Shown piece by piece: positions 12,791-26,442 of a DNA stretch of 64,000 nt (position 1 is the first letter of the stretch; each line of letters starts with the position of its first letter). Made by a program: the position numbers and the translations under genes. This DNA comes from Octopus sinensis (taxonomy: Eukaryota): positions 44,330,001 through 44,394,000 of the forward strand of contig NC_043007.1 of the NCBI RefSeq assembly GCF_006345805.1, read 5' to 3'. The notes under the pieces are model-generated. The model was given only the letters and a program-made list of their open reading frames with translations. It was not told the DNA's origin and searched no databases.

Positions 12791-14634
12791 GTAAGAGTAC
12801 TGTTGATCAAACGATAAGTCAGTATATCACAGGTACTTTATTATAAATAAAAAGAGAATATTAACTCTGCTGGAATTAAACGTGAAATACATAGTTTTTG
12901 ATGTTGTTTAACCTCAAGTCAGCTCTAATTGAGCAATCTACAATCAAAAGCATTCCAGCCGTGATCATCCCATAAAATTACTCTTCCCACATATTTTGCA
13001 ATATGTAGAACTATTAAACAATTTCTTTTCTTTACCAAGGCGAGACTGCGTGAGCTGAGGGACTTAGCTACTATTTCTCCTAGTTCAAGTGACCTTATGG
13101 GGTTTCCCTCGCTGGCTCGCAACATGCATAGTGAATGAATTAAGTACTATAAAGCGCTGTGGTTTCTAACATATTGGTACATGATCATGTAATTTTGGAG
13201 GGACACTGCAGCTGATTATATCGACCCCTAATACTTATTTTATCGATCTATCATGGATAAAAGACGAAGTCGACGTCAGTATGGCTTGAACTCACAGTGT
13301 AAACTGCGAGTTATTTTGGCCCTCACTCTAAAGATTCCAAAAATAATAGCTGACAGGGCGAGGGTTATGCCATACAAAATAATTCAATTTGCTTCGAAAC
13401 ATGTTTAAAGCAGAAATCCTGTCGGGCCACGAAAATAGACAACAGGCATACCCTACAGATGATTTAATCAACAGTGTCCTCTATAATTTATAGCAATGTG
13501 TTTATACTAAAAATCACCATTAACAACAAAATAAAGTTATGTACTTTTATTACAGCTATCAGACACTATGGATGACGCGATGAATACTAAAACTCAACAA
13601 CAGTTTATTTATAGATAGGAAGGAAACGTGAAGAATCCGCTGCTAACGGATGTTTGTGGTTGCACTTCATACATCAATCTGTTTAGGAGAACGATGTAAA
13701 TGATTCACTGGAAAGCAAACCAAAATTAAGAAACGGTACGTTCCCTTGTGTACATTTTCAGAATTTACAGTAAATTACTGAGGTAATTAATTAGTTTTGT
13801 GGTATAAAAGTACTTAGCAGAAAGAATGAGTGAGTGGATGAGAACGAGATAGAAAGTGAGTCAATCAGTTAAAATTAAATGTTATTATTACTATTTTCAA
13901 TTTTTCCAACAGAGAACAGCGAAATACTTTCGCGGAGTTTTACACGAAGGCGCTGTATAATCATTACTGTAAGTACAGTTTGTTCTCTCTCTCTCTCTGT
14001 ATATATATATATATATTTAAGAGGTCATGGGCCAACGGGTTTTTGGGATCTGATGATATGCCATAAAGCATAAAGCTAAACCCTTTATGGACGGGAGACC
14101 TTAGGTAATCCCATATACCGGCCTTCCCCATTTAAAAAAAATAGATACTTATACATACATGTGCGTGTGTATGTGTGAACATTAAATAACGTAATTATAT
14201 CTAATTTTTTTTAGAGAATCAATTGAAAAAACATCTACAAACAAAATATTATGTAATGAAAAGTATTTTTTAACAAAAAAACAATCTCTTTCATCTCTTT
14301 CTCCAAGTCCAGGCAACCAAATGATCGCAAGTAACTTTTAATAGAAAATAATAAAAATGATAATTTAATGTACTTCATGAGCGTGTCTTTAACCACTTTA
14401 CTGATTGAGGAAAAAATTGGTGGGCGTGCACACATACATATTGATGCACGACAATAAGCGAGTCCCCAGAGAGTGTGTCACAATCTCCGATTGTAATGAT
14501 CGACCTCAAAACTAACTCATCTAAGTCAGAGGTCGTGAACATCAGTTATGATACAGGGAGCTTCACAGCCTTCATTTCTCACATTACATATATATCTATG
14601 CCAATTATATCTACTTAACGGAACTTGAAAATTT

Positions 14635-14995
14635 GGCGTGGCTGTGTGGTAAGAAGTTTGCTTCTCAACCACGTGATTCCGGGTTCAAACCCACTACATG
14701 GCACATTGAGCAAGTGACTTCTGCTATATCCTCGGGCCGACCAAAGCCTTGTTAGTGGATTTGGTAGATGGAAACTGAATGTGTGTGTGTGTTTGCACCC
14801 CCCACCATGGTTGATAACTTATGTTAGCTTGTTTACATCCCTGTAACTCAAATAGTTCAGCAAAATAAACTGATATAATAAGTACCAGGCTTAAAGGGGA
14901 AAAAAAAAGTACTGGGGTTGATTTGTTCAACTAAAATTCTTCAAGGTGGTGCCCCAGCATGGCACAGCCAAATGACTGAAACAAAACATAAAAGA
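14635..14995 (+). mobile_element. SINE family A copy
   Basis: gctgtgtggtaag..ccgggttcaaa..ccaaagccttg..ccccagcatggc..actgaaaca. Confidence 0.8.
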
Positions 14996-15055
14996 TGTGT
15001 ATCAGTATGCACTGTGCTTGCCCACCATTTTTCTTTTTCTTTCTTTTTAACATTA

Positions 15056-15270
15056 ATAATAATAATAATTGTGTACAGTGCTCAGGTGCACTACAACTCA
15101 TCTAAAGTGTATATATAATCAGGTGTAGTTTCGGCGGATTTCGGAAAGCATGAGGGCCTTAAAGGATGCAGTGTCATGGCAGTCAACAACTGACGCAGGC
15201 AGTTTATTCCATGCTTCAGCAACTCTGAGCGTGAAAAAATGTTTCTGAAAGTCATGGGAGCTGTGTTGTT
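15056..15270 (-). mobile_element. CR1 3'-end fragment
   Basis: Reverse complement of the 18230-18520 region, including the gtgcacctgagcactgta terminus and (AAT)n tail. Confidence 0.8.
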
Positions 15271-15641
15271 TATATATATATATTAAACTCTGATATACAC
15301 ATAATCTACTCTATCTGAAGGGTGTTTGTAGGAAATTACATTGAAAAATAACCATTTTTCAGAAAGTTATCAAGAAACAATGTCAGTGGTGGGAGTTGCA
15401 CACTTGTGTGGCTAAAGCTGATATCAGTACAACATGAACTCACAAACCAGGAAGTAATTTAACTATTGTTACTTGAACCAATGTAGAAACTGCTCCTGTC
15501 ATTCATTCTATGAGAAATAGCCATTAAATCTTCAAATCACACCCCCACTACACTGGTTCCTGAAAGTTTTGTAACTTGCAGTTCACTTCAAAACAAGTGA
15601 AATTATTTTGACACACACACACATTTATCTAGTTTCTGGTC

Positions 15642-15741
15642 NNNNNNNNNNNNNNNNNNNNNNNNNNNNNNNNNNNNNNNNNNNNNNNNNNNNNNNNNNN
15701 NNNNNNNNNNNNNNNNNNNNNNNNNNNNNNNNNNNNNNNNN
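15642..15741. other. Assembly gap (100 N)
   Basis: Run of exactly 100 N, typical scaffolding placeholder. Confidence 0.99.
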
Positions 15742-15877
15742 TTACAAAGTGTTATGTAGACTGCCCATGTAACTGTAAAACCAGAAAATCAAATTGATGA
15801 AATTATTTCATGGGGAGTATATTTATTTAACCAGATGAGACTTCGATAAGGTTATGACCATTTTGAAAACTTCATGT

Positions 15878-16053
15878 AGGCGTAGGAGTGGCTGTGTGGT
15901 AAGTAGCTTGCTTATGAACCACATGGTTCCGGGTTCAGTCCCACTGCATGGCACCTTGGGCAAGTGTCTTCTACTATAGCCTTGGGCTGACCAAAGCCTT
16001 GTGAGTGGATTTGGTGGACGGAAACTGAAAGAAGCCCATCGTATATATGCATA

Positions 16054-16111
<58 letters not shown>

Positions 16112-16342
16112 TATGTATATGTATGTGTATATATTTGTGTGTCTGTGTTCGTCCCCCCAACATTGCTTGACAACTGATGCTGGTGTGTTTACGTCCCCGT
16201 AACTTAGCGGTTCGGCAAAAGAGACCAATAGAATAAGTACTAGGCTTACAAAGAATAAGTCCTGGGGTCGATTTGCTCGACTAAAGGCGGTGCTCCAGCA
16301 TGGCCACAGTCAAATGACTGAAACAAGTAAAAGAGTAAAGAG
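15878..16342 (+). mobile_element. SINE family A copy, near full length
   Basis: Complete head-to-tail match ending gtaaaagagtaaagag. Confidence 0.85.
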
Positions 16343-16904
16343 AAAGTGGTATTAATTTCATGCATGACAGGAACTATGCACTCATGGTTGCTTTGATATG
16401 TATGCTCAGCGTTATACAATTCACAAATTAATGCAAATAAAGAAAGCCAGCCCATCAGATTGCCTGAACATCAGTTACACTATTGTTGGTGTAACCAGTT
16501 GGAGCTGAATTTTATTACACAATCCACTGGTTTTTGAAAACTCTGTGCTATTTTATGTGTATATATATGTATATATGACATTGAACTGGCTTGCCCTCTT
16601 GTAAAGTTCATATAACAATATGGTAGCAGCAGGAGTAGTGTAGTAGTAGTAGTAGTATAGTAGTAGTAGTTGTGGTTGTTGCTCATGCAGTCTTGATTGC
16701 TTTATGGCATGTGCATGCACACACACACTCTTTCTTTCCTTCTCTTCCTCTACCTCTCATGTATGTATGTCTGTATGTAGATATGTATGTGTGTGTATAT
16801 ATATATATGTATATATATATATATTTGTGTATGTATATGTACATGTATGTGTTTGTGTATGCATATCTGTGTGTATACATATACATACATACATACATAA
16901 ACGC

Positions 16905-18520
16905 AATTATGCCTCTCCTGGTCTCGATGGTGTTACATACCTACTTCTCAAACGCGGTGGGTACTTTCTTCTAAGCCAACTTTCTCTATTCTTCCAATTC
17001 TGTCTTGACAATGGTGTTACTCCAGAACAGTGGAAAACTGCCAGTGTCATCCCTCTGTTCAAAAAAGGCGACCGCACATCGCCTGCCAACTATCGCCCCG
17101 TCAGTCTTACTAGCTGCATCTCCAAACTGATGGAATCCTGTATCAGAGAAACCCTCTGGAACTTCTGGAAGTCTCACAGCCTCATCCAGCCGTCACAATT
17201 CGGATTTATTCCTAACTCCAGCTGCTGTAATCAACTCATCGAGTTTCTTGAGGACGTTAGCCAAATCACTGATCGCGGATCCTGGTGGATGTTGTTTACC
17301 TGGACTTTGCTAAGGCTTTTAACTCTGTGCCACACAAAAGACTTATGGTGAAGCTTTCTGCGTTGGGTGTAAGAGACGAACTCTATAACTGGTTGAATCC
17401 TTTATTTTCAGCCGAAAAGAGGTTGTCACAGTTCTAGGACAGCACTCTTCGCCCTATGAGATGACATCTGGTGTACCACAGGGATCTGTTCTTGGCCCCC
17501 TTTTATTTGTTGCATATGTTAATGACATAGATGCCAACTTAAAGAATGCTACAGTGCTGAAATATGCAGATGACATCAAGCTGTACCTCGAAATAAAGAG
17601 GTCAAATCCTGTACACTATAGATCTCTATTGCAAGCAGACCTGAACACAATGCAGCAGTGGATCATGGACTGGCAACTCAAGCTGGCTGTGGACAAATGT
17701 ACCACCATGCATTTTGGGAGGAGAAACCCAGTGTCCACCTACTCCCTCCACAACACTAGTCTCAAAAAGTCTTCATGTGAACGTGACCTGGGTGTTATTG
17801 TCGATAGAGATTTGCGTTGGACAAAACACATCGCTAAAATTGTCAAGAAGGCTGAGGGTATCTTGGCATCACTCACCAAATCCTTTGTGAGCCGCTCTCC
17901 GGCTTTATATAGCTATGGTAAGACCTCACCTGGAATTTGCATCACCGGTCTGGAACCCCTATCTTGCCCAGGATATCAATCGTCTGGAAGCTGTTCAGCA
18001 ACGTGCAACCAAAAGAATACCCTCCATCAGGCATTTGCCATATCCTGAACGCCTTACTTCCCTGGGCATGGACACATTGAAACTCCGACGTCTGGCAGCT
18101 GACTTGGCAGACACCCATAAAATTATCAACCATCGTACAAACAATAACTCTGAGCACCTTTTCAAACTCCACCCATCTAACACCCGTGGACATATTTACA
18201 AAGTAAGAAAACAGCACAGCTCCCATGACTTCAGGAAACATTTTTTCACGCTGAGAGTTGCTGAAGCATGGAACAAGCTGCTGGCATCTGTTATTAGTTG
18301 TCGGAGCACTGCATCCTTCAAAACTTCCATGCTTCCTGAGATTCGCCAACACTACACTTGATTTTCTCCCCTCCATACACACACAAGCATGTATCTAACT
18401 CATACATTGTTCGCTTTCCAGACATTTCTACATTACTGCATGTACTTTATATGCACTTTCTGACATGTTGTGGTGCACCTGAGCACTGTATACAATAATT
18501 TCATTATTATTATTATTATT
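16905..18520 (+). mobile_element. CR1-clade LINE, 5'-truncated, frameshifted RT
   Basis: NYRPVSLTS, QFGF, GVPQGSVLGPLLF, KYADD, RDLGVIVD, VRPHLEFAS..W.P, KHFFTLRVAEAWNKL; (ATT)n tail at ~18502-18520. Confidence 0.92.
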
Positions 18521-18944
18521 ATACATACATACATATATAGGTATGTATACAATATGTATGTGTATGTATGTTTGTGTGTGTGTGTATGAGTATATATGTA
18601 TGTGTGAGTATATGTATTATATATCTTTATGTGTATGCATGCTTTATTGTTATGTTTTGTTCTATTTTGTTTTGACTTTATTTTTAGAATTTCTCACCAA
18701 GGGTAGAGGAGCCAGTTTCTAACCTAGAAACAAAGCTCTTTCATTGGAATGTAGATAACATCAATGGGATTGTCAAGCAGTCATGCAGGACCTCCAAGAA
18801 TGCTTTCAGAGCCCAGGGTAGAGGTGGGGGTGTTTTCTCAAAATGCAAGGGTTCTGTGATGGGGTTTTTTTTTCAGAAAAAGGCCCCTCAAATATTCACA
18901 GGATTCAGATCAATGTACCAATTGAAATCTCTCTCATGAGCCAT

Positions 18945-19330
18945 GCATCATCATCATCATCATCATTTGATGTCCATTTTCCTTGCTGGTATGTGTTGGA
19001 TGGTTTGACTGGAGCTGGTCAGTCAGAGAGCTGCTCAGGCTCCAGTTATCTGTTTTGGCATGGTTTCTATGACTTATTGCCCTTCCTAATGCCAACTACT
19101 TTACAGAGTGTACTGGATGTCCTTTATATGGCACCAGCATGGGTGCTTTTCTACATGGTACCTGTATGGGTGTTTTTTACATGGCACCAGCACAGGTGCT
19201 TTTTACGTAGCACCAGCACAGGTGCTTTTTATGTGGCACCAGCACAGGTGCTTTTTATGTAGCACCAGCACAGGTGCTTTTTATGTGGCATCAGGACAGG
19301 TGTTTTTTTACATCCAGCATGTATGTTATA
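18945..19330 (-). mobile_element. RTE 3'-UTR-derived non-autonomous copy with a 26-nt tandem array
   Basis: (CAT)n tail plus RTE 3' end; unit tggcaccagcacaggtgctttttatg repeated ~7 times. Similar short RTE tails at ~3740-3975, 39500-39660, 48330-48480, 51270-51500. Confidence 0.7.
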
Positions 19331-20049
19331 AAAATGACACTCACTCATGACACATTCTGTTTTATTTGACTCTGCTGTTTGTTTTTCTCATGCAGGAGTT
19401 ATCCCTGCAGTATAACTTCTCTGCAGTATAATTTCCAATCATTTTTTTTTAGTAGCCAAATCCATCACTGTTTATTCATTAAGTATCTTTATATAAATCA
19501 TCTTAAGGTCTAACAGCATCGTTAAGACTGTTTCACTGAAGAGGTCTAATTAGAATGAAACATGTGCAGAGTGGTCACCATGTGTGTGTGTGTGTGTGTG
19601 TGTTTCTTTCCCACTACCACTTGACAACTGGTGTTAGTGTGTTTACGTCCCTTTAACTTAGTGGTTCAGTGAAAAACACACTGATAGAATACGTACCAAA
19701 CTTATAAAGGAAAAAATAAGTACTGGGGTGGATTCATTCAACTAAAACCCTTCAAGATGGTGCCATAATATGGCAAGTAAAAAATAAAAGATACCAACTG
19801 AAATGTAGTCTAAAATATATAATTCCTGCAAAACAAAACAAAAAGCAAATGATAGCTGTATAGTCATGGCTTGAATACCTATGATCGGAAGTCTGCTGCT
19901 GGATAAAGGCTAACCTGGGGTTAAACAACAGCAGCAGCAGCAATAACAACAGCATCAGAAGCAGTAACAACAACAACAGCAGCAATAGCAATCTGTAGAT
20001 GTTTTCTGAGGAACGATGTTGATGGTTTCAAATTTGGTAACAGTGCCAG

Positions 20050-20610
20050 CAGTTTCAGGGGAAGGGTACTGGTACTTATTTAATCGACTCTGAAAGGGTG
20101 AAAGGCAAAGTTGACCTTGGTGAAATTTGACGGACAAAATACCTATTTCTTTACTACCCACAAGGGGCTAAACACAGAGAGGACAAACAAGGACAGATAA
20201 ACGGATTAAGTCGATTATATCGACCCCATTGCGTAACTTGTACTTATTTAATCAACCCCAAAAGGATGAAAGGCAAAGTTGATCACGGCGGAATTTGAAT
20301 TCAGAACATAGTAGCAGACGAAATACTGCTAAGCAATTCACTTGACATGCTAACGATTCTGCCAGCTCACTGCCTTAATAATAATAATAATAATGATTTC
20401 AAATTTTAACACAAGGCCAGTAACTTCAGGGAAGCAGGGGTAAATCAATTACACCGACCCCAGTGCTCAACTAGTACTTATTTTATTGACTTTTAAAGGA
20501 GGGCGGGCAAAATCAACCTTGGTAGAATTTGAACTCAGAATGTTAACACTGACGAAATGTTGCTGAGCACTTTGCCCGGCATGCTAATGATTCTGCCAGC
20601 TCACTGCCTT
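20050..20610 (-). mobile_element. Two to three tandem SINE family B copies
   Basis: Same core blocks as 6375-8330. Confidence 0.75.
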
Positions 20611-20624
20611 TATAATAACACTAA

Positions 20625-21030
20625 TAAAGAGCTTATTGTGCTCAGGTGCCTTAAGCTTGTTGGGAAAAGGGTAAAATAGGAGACAGAAAGCAGACATAAG
20701 TTAACTAAAAGAAAGACTGCAACGAAAGCTACAAGTACATACAGAGTACACAGGATAAAGCACAAAAAGACAGAAAAGTGAATAGCAAAAGGGCAATGAG
20801 GAGGAAAATATGCATAGGCACATCAGGAGTAGTGTAGGTGAATTTCAGAAAGTATAGAATTTTCAATGCAGTGTCCTTGCAGCTAACAACTGATTGTGTA
20901 GTGCATTCCATGCTTCAACAATTCTGAGCATGGAAAATGTTTCTGAAAGTCAAGGGTGCAGTGCTGTTTTTTAAATTTCTTTTAAGCACGTCCATGAGTT
21001 GTAGAGATATTGAATTATAAAATGTAGCCA
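20625..21030 (-). mobile_element. CR1 3'-end fragment (older)
   Basis: Similar to the CR1 3' end (ttccatgcttcaacaattctgagc...tgtttctgaaagtca; tgctcaggtgcc). Confidence 0.65.
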
Positions 21031-21169
21031 TAAAAAAGGAAGATGGTCTGAACAATGTGGATCTACTACTACTATTTTGTTAAGAAAGTCTATACTTCAT
21101 CGAGGATGTTTAATAAGACTGAAACATGTCTTGAGATGTGTTACCTTCTTAAAACTTTAAAAAATATAT

Positions 21170-21575
21170 TCTTTTATTCTTTTATTTGTTTCAGTCATTT
21201 GACTGCAGCCATGCTGGCACACTACCTTAAAGGGGTTTTTAGTCAAAGAAATCAATCCCAGGACTTATTCTTTGTAAGCCTAGTACTTATTCTATCGGTC
21301 TCTTTTGCCGAGCCGCTAAGTTACAGGGACATAAGCACACTGACATCAGTTGTCAAGTGATGGTGGGGGTACAAACATAGACACAAAGACACATACATGT
21401 AAATACACACACATATTTGACAAACTACTTTCAGTTTCTGTTTACCAAATCCACTCACAAGGCTTTGATCAACCTAAGCCTATAGTAAAACACCCTTGTT
21501 CAAGGTGCCAAGCAGTGGGACTGAACCTGGAACCATGTGGTTGGGAAGCAAACTTCTTACCACGAAGCCATGCCT
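21170..21575 (-). mobile_element. SINE family A copy
   Basis: Reverse-complement match to family. Confidence 0.8.
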
Positions 21576-23499
21576 AAATAATTTTAGTTTTTAAAGTAAC
21601 ATCACTTTCTCACAACATGAAATATTTCTAATTAGAGGTTTTAGTATATTCACTACATTAAGTATTTTACCGATAACGAAACTACTATTTTGTCCAAGTA
21701 ATAAACATGAATGGTCTGTAGAAAGTTTACTAAAAGGTTACAGAGTGTAGCTGTGAGCAAGGTGGTTATTTTGTGAGAAGCCTTTATAAATTGAATGTCT
21801 GTGTATAAGGCCGGCCCATGTGACTTCAAAAACAACTTTATGCTTGTGTTAAGAACATATTTATGACTCAGTACTGAATAGATTATCTTTTCTTTCTTTC
21901 TTTCTTTCTGTCTTTCTATCTTTCTTTCTTTCTTTCTTTCACTTTTTTTCATTGTTCATTGTTCATTGTTGTTTTTTTAAAAACAATTTTTAGCTTTTGG
22001 GCTTGTTCTCCTTTCATTCTTATTCTATTTTGCGTTTCTTTTTCTCTCCCTCTACCCACCCACTTTTTTCTCCTCTCACTCAAACTCTTTCCCCTCCTTT
22101 CTTGTTACTCACTTCGCTCTTCCTCCATTCCCTCTCTGTATTACCAACTCTCCTTTTTCTTGTTCTCTCTCTCCCTTCTATTACTCTCTCCTTCCAAGTA
22201 TTTCAACTTTTCCTCCACCTCCTTTACTCTTCTTATTCTTTTTCCAGCGCTTCATCTCTCTCCCATATCTTGTCACTCTCCCTTTCTTCTCTTATCTCAC
22301 ACCGAACCCAAACTTTTATTTCTACCCTCCACTATCTAATTCTTCCACTTTCACCACAGCCCTCTCTTCTAGCTAGTCTTATTCCTTCTCTCTCTCTCTC
22401 ACACACAAACATATGTACTCTGCCAAAAGTCAGTCTGTTTATACAACACTGCGAACGTTTACATTAGCAATCAGAAGAACAATATGGATAATATGCACAT
22501 TTCAATATTTTTATTATTGTTATAATCATAATAGTACCAATAATAATAATAATAATAATAATATCATCATCATCTGATGTTGGACCGGCTTTAACATCAC
22601 TGCCACCAACACCAACATCACCACCACCACCACCACAACAACAACTACTATTGGAACTACTATAATTCACAGTTAGAACTACTAAAATGTGAGCGACAAA
22701 TCCATTCCTGTTGTTTCCGACTCGTCGGCAACCGAACGTGAAAGTGTCAATATCTTTGGTGAGGGGGAAAAACATAGGATTACGAAACTGCTAGAAAAAG
22801 CAGCCAAATCTCTGTCTCCCAAAATATCAGCTCTACTATTTTGTAGTCCATTCTTTCCCTCGAACCATCAACTTCTGATGGTGTCAGTGGAAACTCTTAT
22901 GATGTAGTGCATGTGTTGCGCATTTTAAGCCTGGTGGAACTCATCCCTCCTCTCGCTTGAATACAGCCAAAATCTTCCAAACGAAAAAAAAAGAAAAAAA
23001 GAAAAAATGAGAAGAATAATTACCTTCGTTGCTAGACTGGTTCTTTATTGACCCAGAAAGAATGAAAGATACCGTTGACTTTGGCGGGATTTGAACTCAG
23101 TGTGCAGTGAGCCAGAACAGATACTACCAGGTTGTTGCTATCTTACTGTTGTACTTATAGAAAAAAAGGTCTGGATGACCATAGTTCATAGGTTGGCTTT
23201 ATAAGGGTTTGACCTAGGGTTAAACAATAACTAAAGCAAAACAAAACTCAGTAACACTAAAATATTATAGTATTTTTAAGCTTTCATAACTTAATATTTC
23301 CCCCCGCTTCTCATAAAATACCTTACATTCACACACTCTCACACAAGCATATAATACATACATTTATATATACATATATATATATAATACATGTGCGTAC
23401 GTATATACATACATAGCACACATTCACTTACATACATTCCTAAAGACTATTTACAACAACATGGTAGCAACATTCCTGCCTTTTCACGGTGCAGAGAAA

Positions 23500-23673
23500 G
23501 AGAGAGTGTGAGAGAAAACAGAAGACTAAAGGATTACACTTCTACAAATTGAAAAAACAGAAGATCGAACAATCATAATATTGCAATAAGTTATGATCCA
23601 GAGACGTAAGCTGTTTTTGTCAACTTAAAAATATTGGAAGTGTTCCACTGCATTCTTACATCATTAAATTATG
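23500..23673 (+). other. Candidate non-coding 5' exon of the macro-TIR gene
   Basis: Unique-looking GA-rich sequence ending in the strong donor ATG|GTAAGA (23674); same contig as the coding exons; no ORF. Confidence 0.2.
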
Positions 23674-23714
23674 GTAAGACTATTGACCACTTTACTTTCT
23701 ATACGGGCCAGCAA

Positions 23715-24355
23715 TGAGCTGAGGGAACCTCTTCACGGTCACTTAAGCTGCTAGAAATAACAGCAAATCTCTTCTAAATCACTCCTTGCTATCTTCAAAG
23801 GATATGTTGGGTAAGGTTATGTGGCTCTGGGATTCCTGCACATAGGAATAGAGACAGGATGGTCAAAGCTGGTATACTTTTGATCATAAGTCTGCTTAGT
23901 CAGGATTTTATTTGCAACAAGTTGGTGAGGTAGCCACTGCATGGTCAGTCAACCTGCTAGAAATAGCAGCCAAATCTCCTCAAATCATACTGCTGGGTCT
24001 TTAAAAAAAGAAGAAAAGACACACTGGATATTGTGGTCTTTGGGACACTGTGTCTGAAATACTAAAAAAGACAAGATGGTCATTGTGAGATTGCCATTTG
24101 ATCATTGGTCTGCTTGATCAAAGCTGACCCGGGGCTAAACTACTACATTACTAAATTTCACACTCTGCTCTGTTACACGAAATTATGAGTCAAGGAGGAA
24201 CTCTGTTCATAATCACAAACTTTGCTAAAAATAGCAGCCAAATCACTTGACTCACACTACCTTCTTCATAAAGGAAAATGTTATTTGATAAGGTAGTTAG
24301 AATGTGTGCCCAAGAAAAAGTCCGGGATGGTCATGGCTGGAACGTTTCAGATCTT
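23715..24355 (+). mobile_element. Three tandem copies of repeat family C (ctgctagaaatagcagccaaatc...gatggtca..ggctaaacaac)
   Basis: Same blocks also at ~4635-4780 and ~48090-48300. Confidence 0.6.
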
Positions 24356-24929
24356 CGTAGTTCTCTCTTTCTCTCTAAATGAATACTCGCTTAGAGTTAA
24401 ATGACAAGTGAATTACATTACATAATTAAATTTAAATTAAATTTATCACATCACAATATTTCACCCGTCTTAATTTAATATAACTATTTACAAAGAAAAA
24501 AAGACAGCAACAACAAAAAGACAAGAGAAAAATTAGACCTGTATGTGGTTGTTTGTTTTACTGGAAATAACACCCAAATTGTCCTCAAATTAAATCCTAC
24601 CATCACAGAAAAAAATAGTGACATTGGAACATACAGTGTAGTTTAGAGTACATAAAGTCTGGAAAGAAAACCTTACCTGTGGTTATACAATAACTACAAC
24701 AACAGCAACAACTTTAAGAATAACATCAACAGCCACCAAAAGTAGAAAGAGAAAGGCCTTTAATGTAAGTTTCTTTAAAGCTTTTGATAACAAACTACAT
24801 GAAACTGGCAATGGTTATATGATACTAACTTCCTGTATTAAAGTGATATAAATTAAAATCTTCCATGTTAATTTATGTTTTCAGACACCTGCTTAATAAT
24901 AGTAAAGTTATTTTCATATATTCTTCAGT

Positions 24930-25298
24930 TAGGCGCAGGAGTGGCTGTGTGGTAAGTAATTTGCTTACCAACCACATGGTTCCGGGTTCAGTCCAACTGC
25001 GTGGCACCTTGGGCAAGGCTGACCAAAGCCTTGTGAGTGGATTTGGTAGACGGAAACTGAAAGAAGCCTGTCGTATATATGTATATATATATGTATGTGT
25101 GTGTATATATGTCTGTGTTTGTCCCCACAACATCGCTTGACAACCGATGCCGGTGTGTTTACGTCCCCCGTAACTTAGTGGTTTGGCCTAGAATAAGTAC
25201 TAGGCTTACAAAGAATAAGTCCTGGGGTCGATTTGCTCAACTAAAGGCGGTGCTCCAGCATGACCATAGTCAAATGACTGGAACAAATAAAAGAAATT
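24930..25298 (+). mobile_element. SINE family A copy
   Basis: ggcgcaggagtggctgtgtggtaag... match to family. Confidence 0.85.
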
Positions 25299-26000
25299 AA
25301 AGAAAAAAAGAATTATTAAAATTAACAGAAATGTTGTATCAAAAGGGTTAATATATGTGTTTAACCTATTTATCCATTCTTCAAATAAATCTATTGTGTT
25401 TTGGAATCTTATCTAAGAATCTGCTCACTTAATATGAAGAATGGCCTTTCCTAAGACAGACTATATTAAGAATCTATGAAGTTAAGGATTTTAGAGAAAT
25501 ATCTTCACACTTATCCAATTGGATGCAAGTATGATTCAATCAAATTTTGATACGAGGCTGGCAATTTCAGGGTAAGGAGTAAATTGATTACATTGACCCA
25601 AGTGTTGATATTTATTTTATTGACTCCAAAATGATGAAAGGCAGAGTTGATCCTGGTGGCATTTAAATTCAGAATGTAAAGACAGATGAAATACTACTAA
25701 GCATTTTGCTCAACGGGCTAACATTTCTGCCAGCTTGAGACCTTCATGATTCAGATAATATTGTTGAATTATCAGAGCATGGCTGTATGTTTAAGAAATG
25801 TGTATTGCAACCATGAGGTTCTGTGTTTCATCCCACTGTACAGTATCCTAAGCAAGACCTTCGGCATTATATCATGCTTGAGAAGAAGACTCATTAAGCC
25901 CAGTAAAATTGCTGTCATGGTAGATACTGGTGTCACACAAAAGGCACCCATGCCAGTAGCATATAAAAGCACCCATTACACTCTCAGAGTGGTTGGTGTT

Positions 26001-26442
26001 GGGAAGGGCATCCAACTGTAGAAAACCATGCCAAATCAGACTGGAGTCTGGTGCAGCCTTCCCACTTACCAGCTTCACAGCCACATAGTTTGGAGTTCAG
26101 TCCCACTGCATGGTACCTTGGGCAAGTGTCTTCTAATATAGCCATCCAAGGGAAGGGCATCCAACTGTAGAAAACCATGCCAAATCAGACTGGAGTCTGG
26201 TGCAACCTTCCCACTTACCAGCTTCCCAGCCACACAGTTTGGTGTTCAGTCCCACTGCATGGTACCTTGGGCAAGTGTCTTCTACTATAGCCATCCAAGG
26301 GAAGGGCATCCAACTGTAGAAAACCATGCCAAATCAGACTGGAGTCTGGTGCAGCCTTCCCACTTACTAGCTTCCCAGCCACATGGTTTGGAGTTCAGTC
26401 CCACTGCATGGTACCTTGGGCAAGTGTCTTCTATTATAGCCT
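26001..26442 (+). repeat. 149-nt tandem repeat x3, chimera of RTE 3' tail and SINE A head
   Basis: gggaagggcatccaactgtagaaaacc recurs at 26001, 26150 and 26299. Confidence 0.9.

Noticed and set aside
14048-14080. CTGATGA followed by a TATGC/GCATA stem (hammerhead or C/D snoRNA?)
   Set aside because: Lacks the GAAA core and stem III, and has no terminal stem or properly placed D box.
15878-15960. tRNA genes
   Set aside because: The A/B-box-like sequences are SINE heads continuing into SINE bodies; no complete cloverleaf was found.
22689-22907. ORF MSDKSIPVVSDSS... with a donor at ~22770 as an upstream coding exon
   Set aside because: It starts at GTG, the donor phase (1) does not fit the phase-0 entry at 40429, and the 3' part is repeat family C.
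19130-26442. 26-nt and 149-nt repeat arrays as CRISPR-like arrays
   Set aside because: Units are contiguous with no unique spacers, derive from retroelement sequence, and lie in a eukaryotic context with no cas genes.
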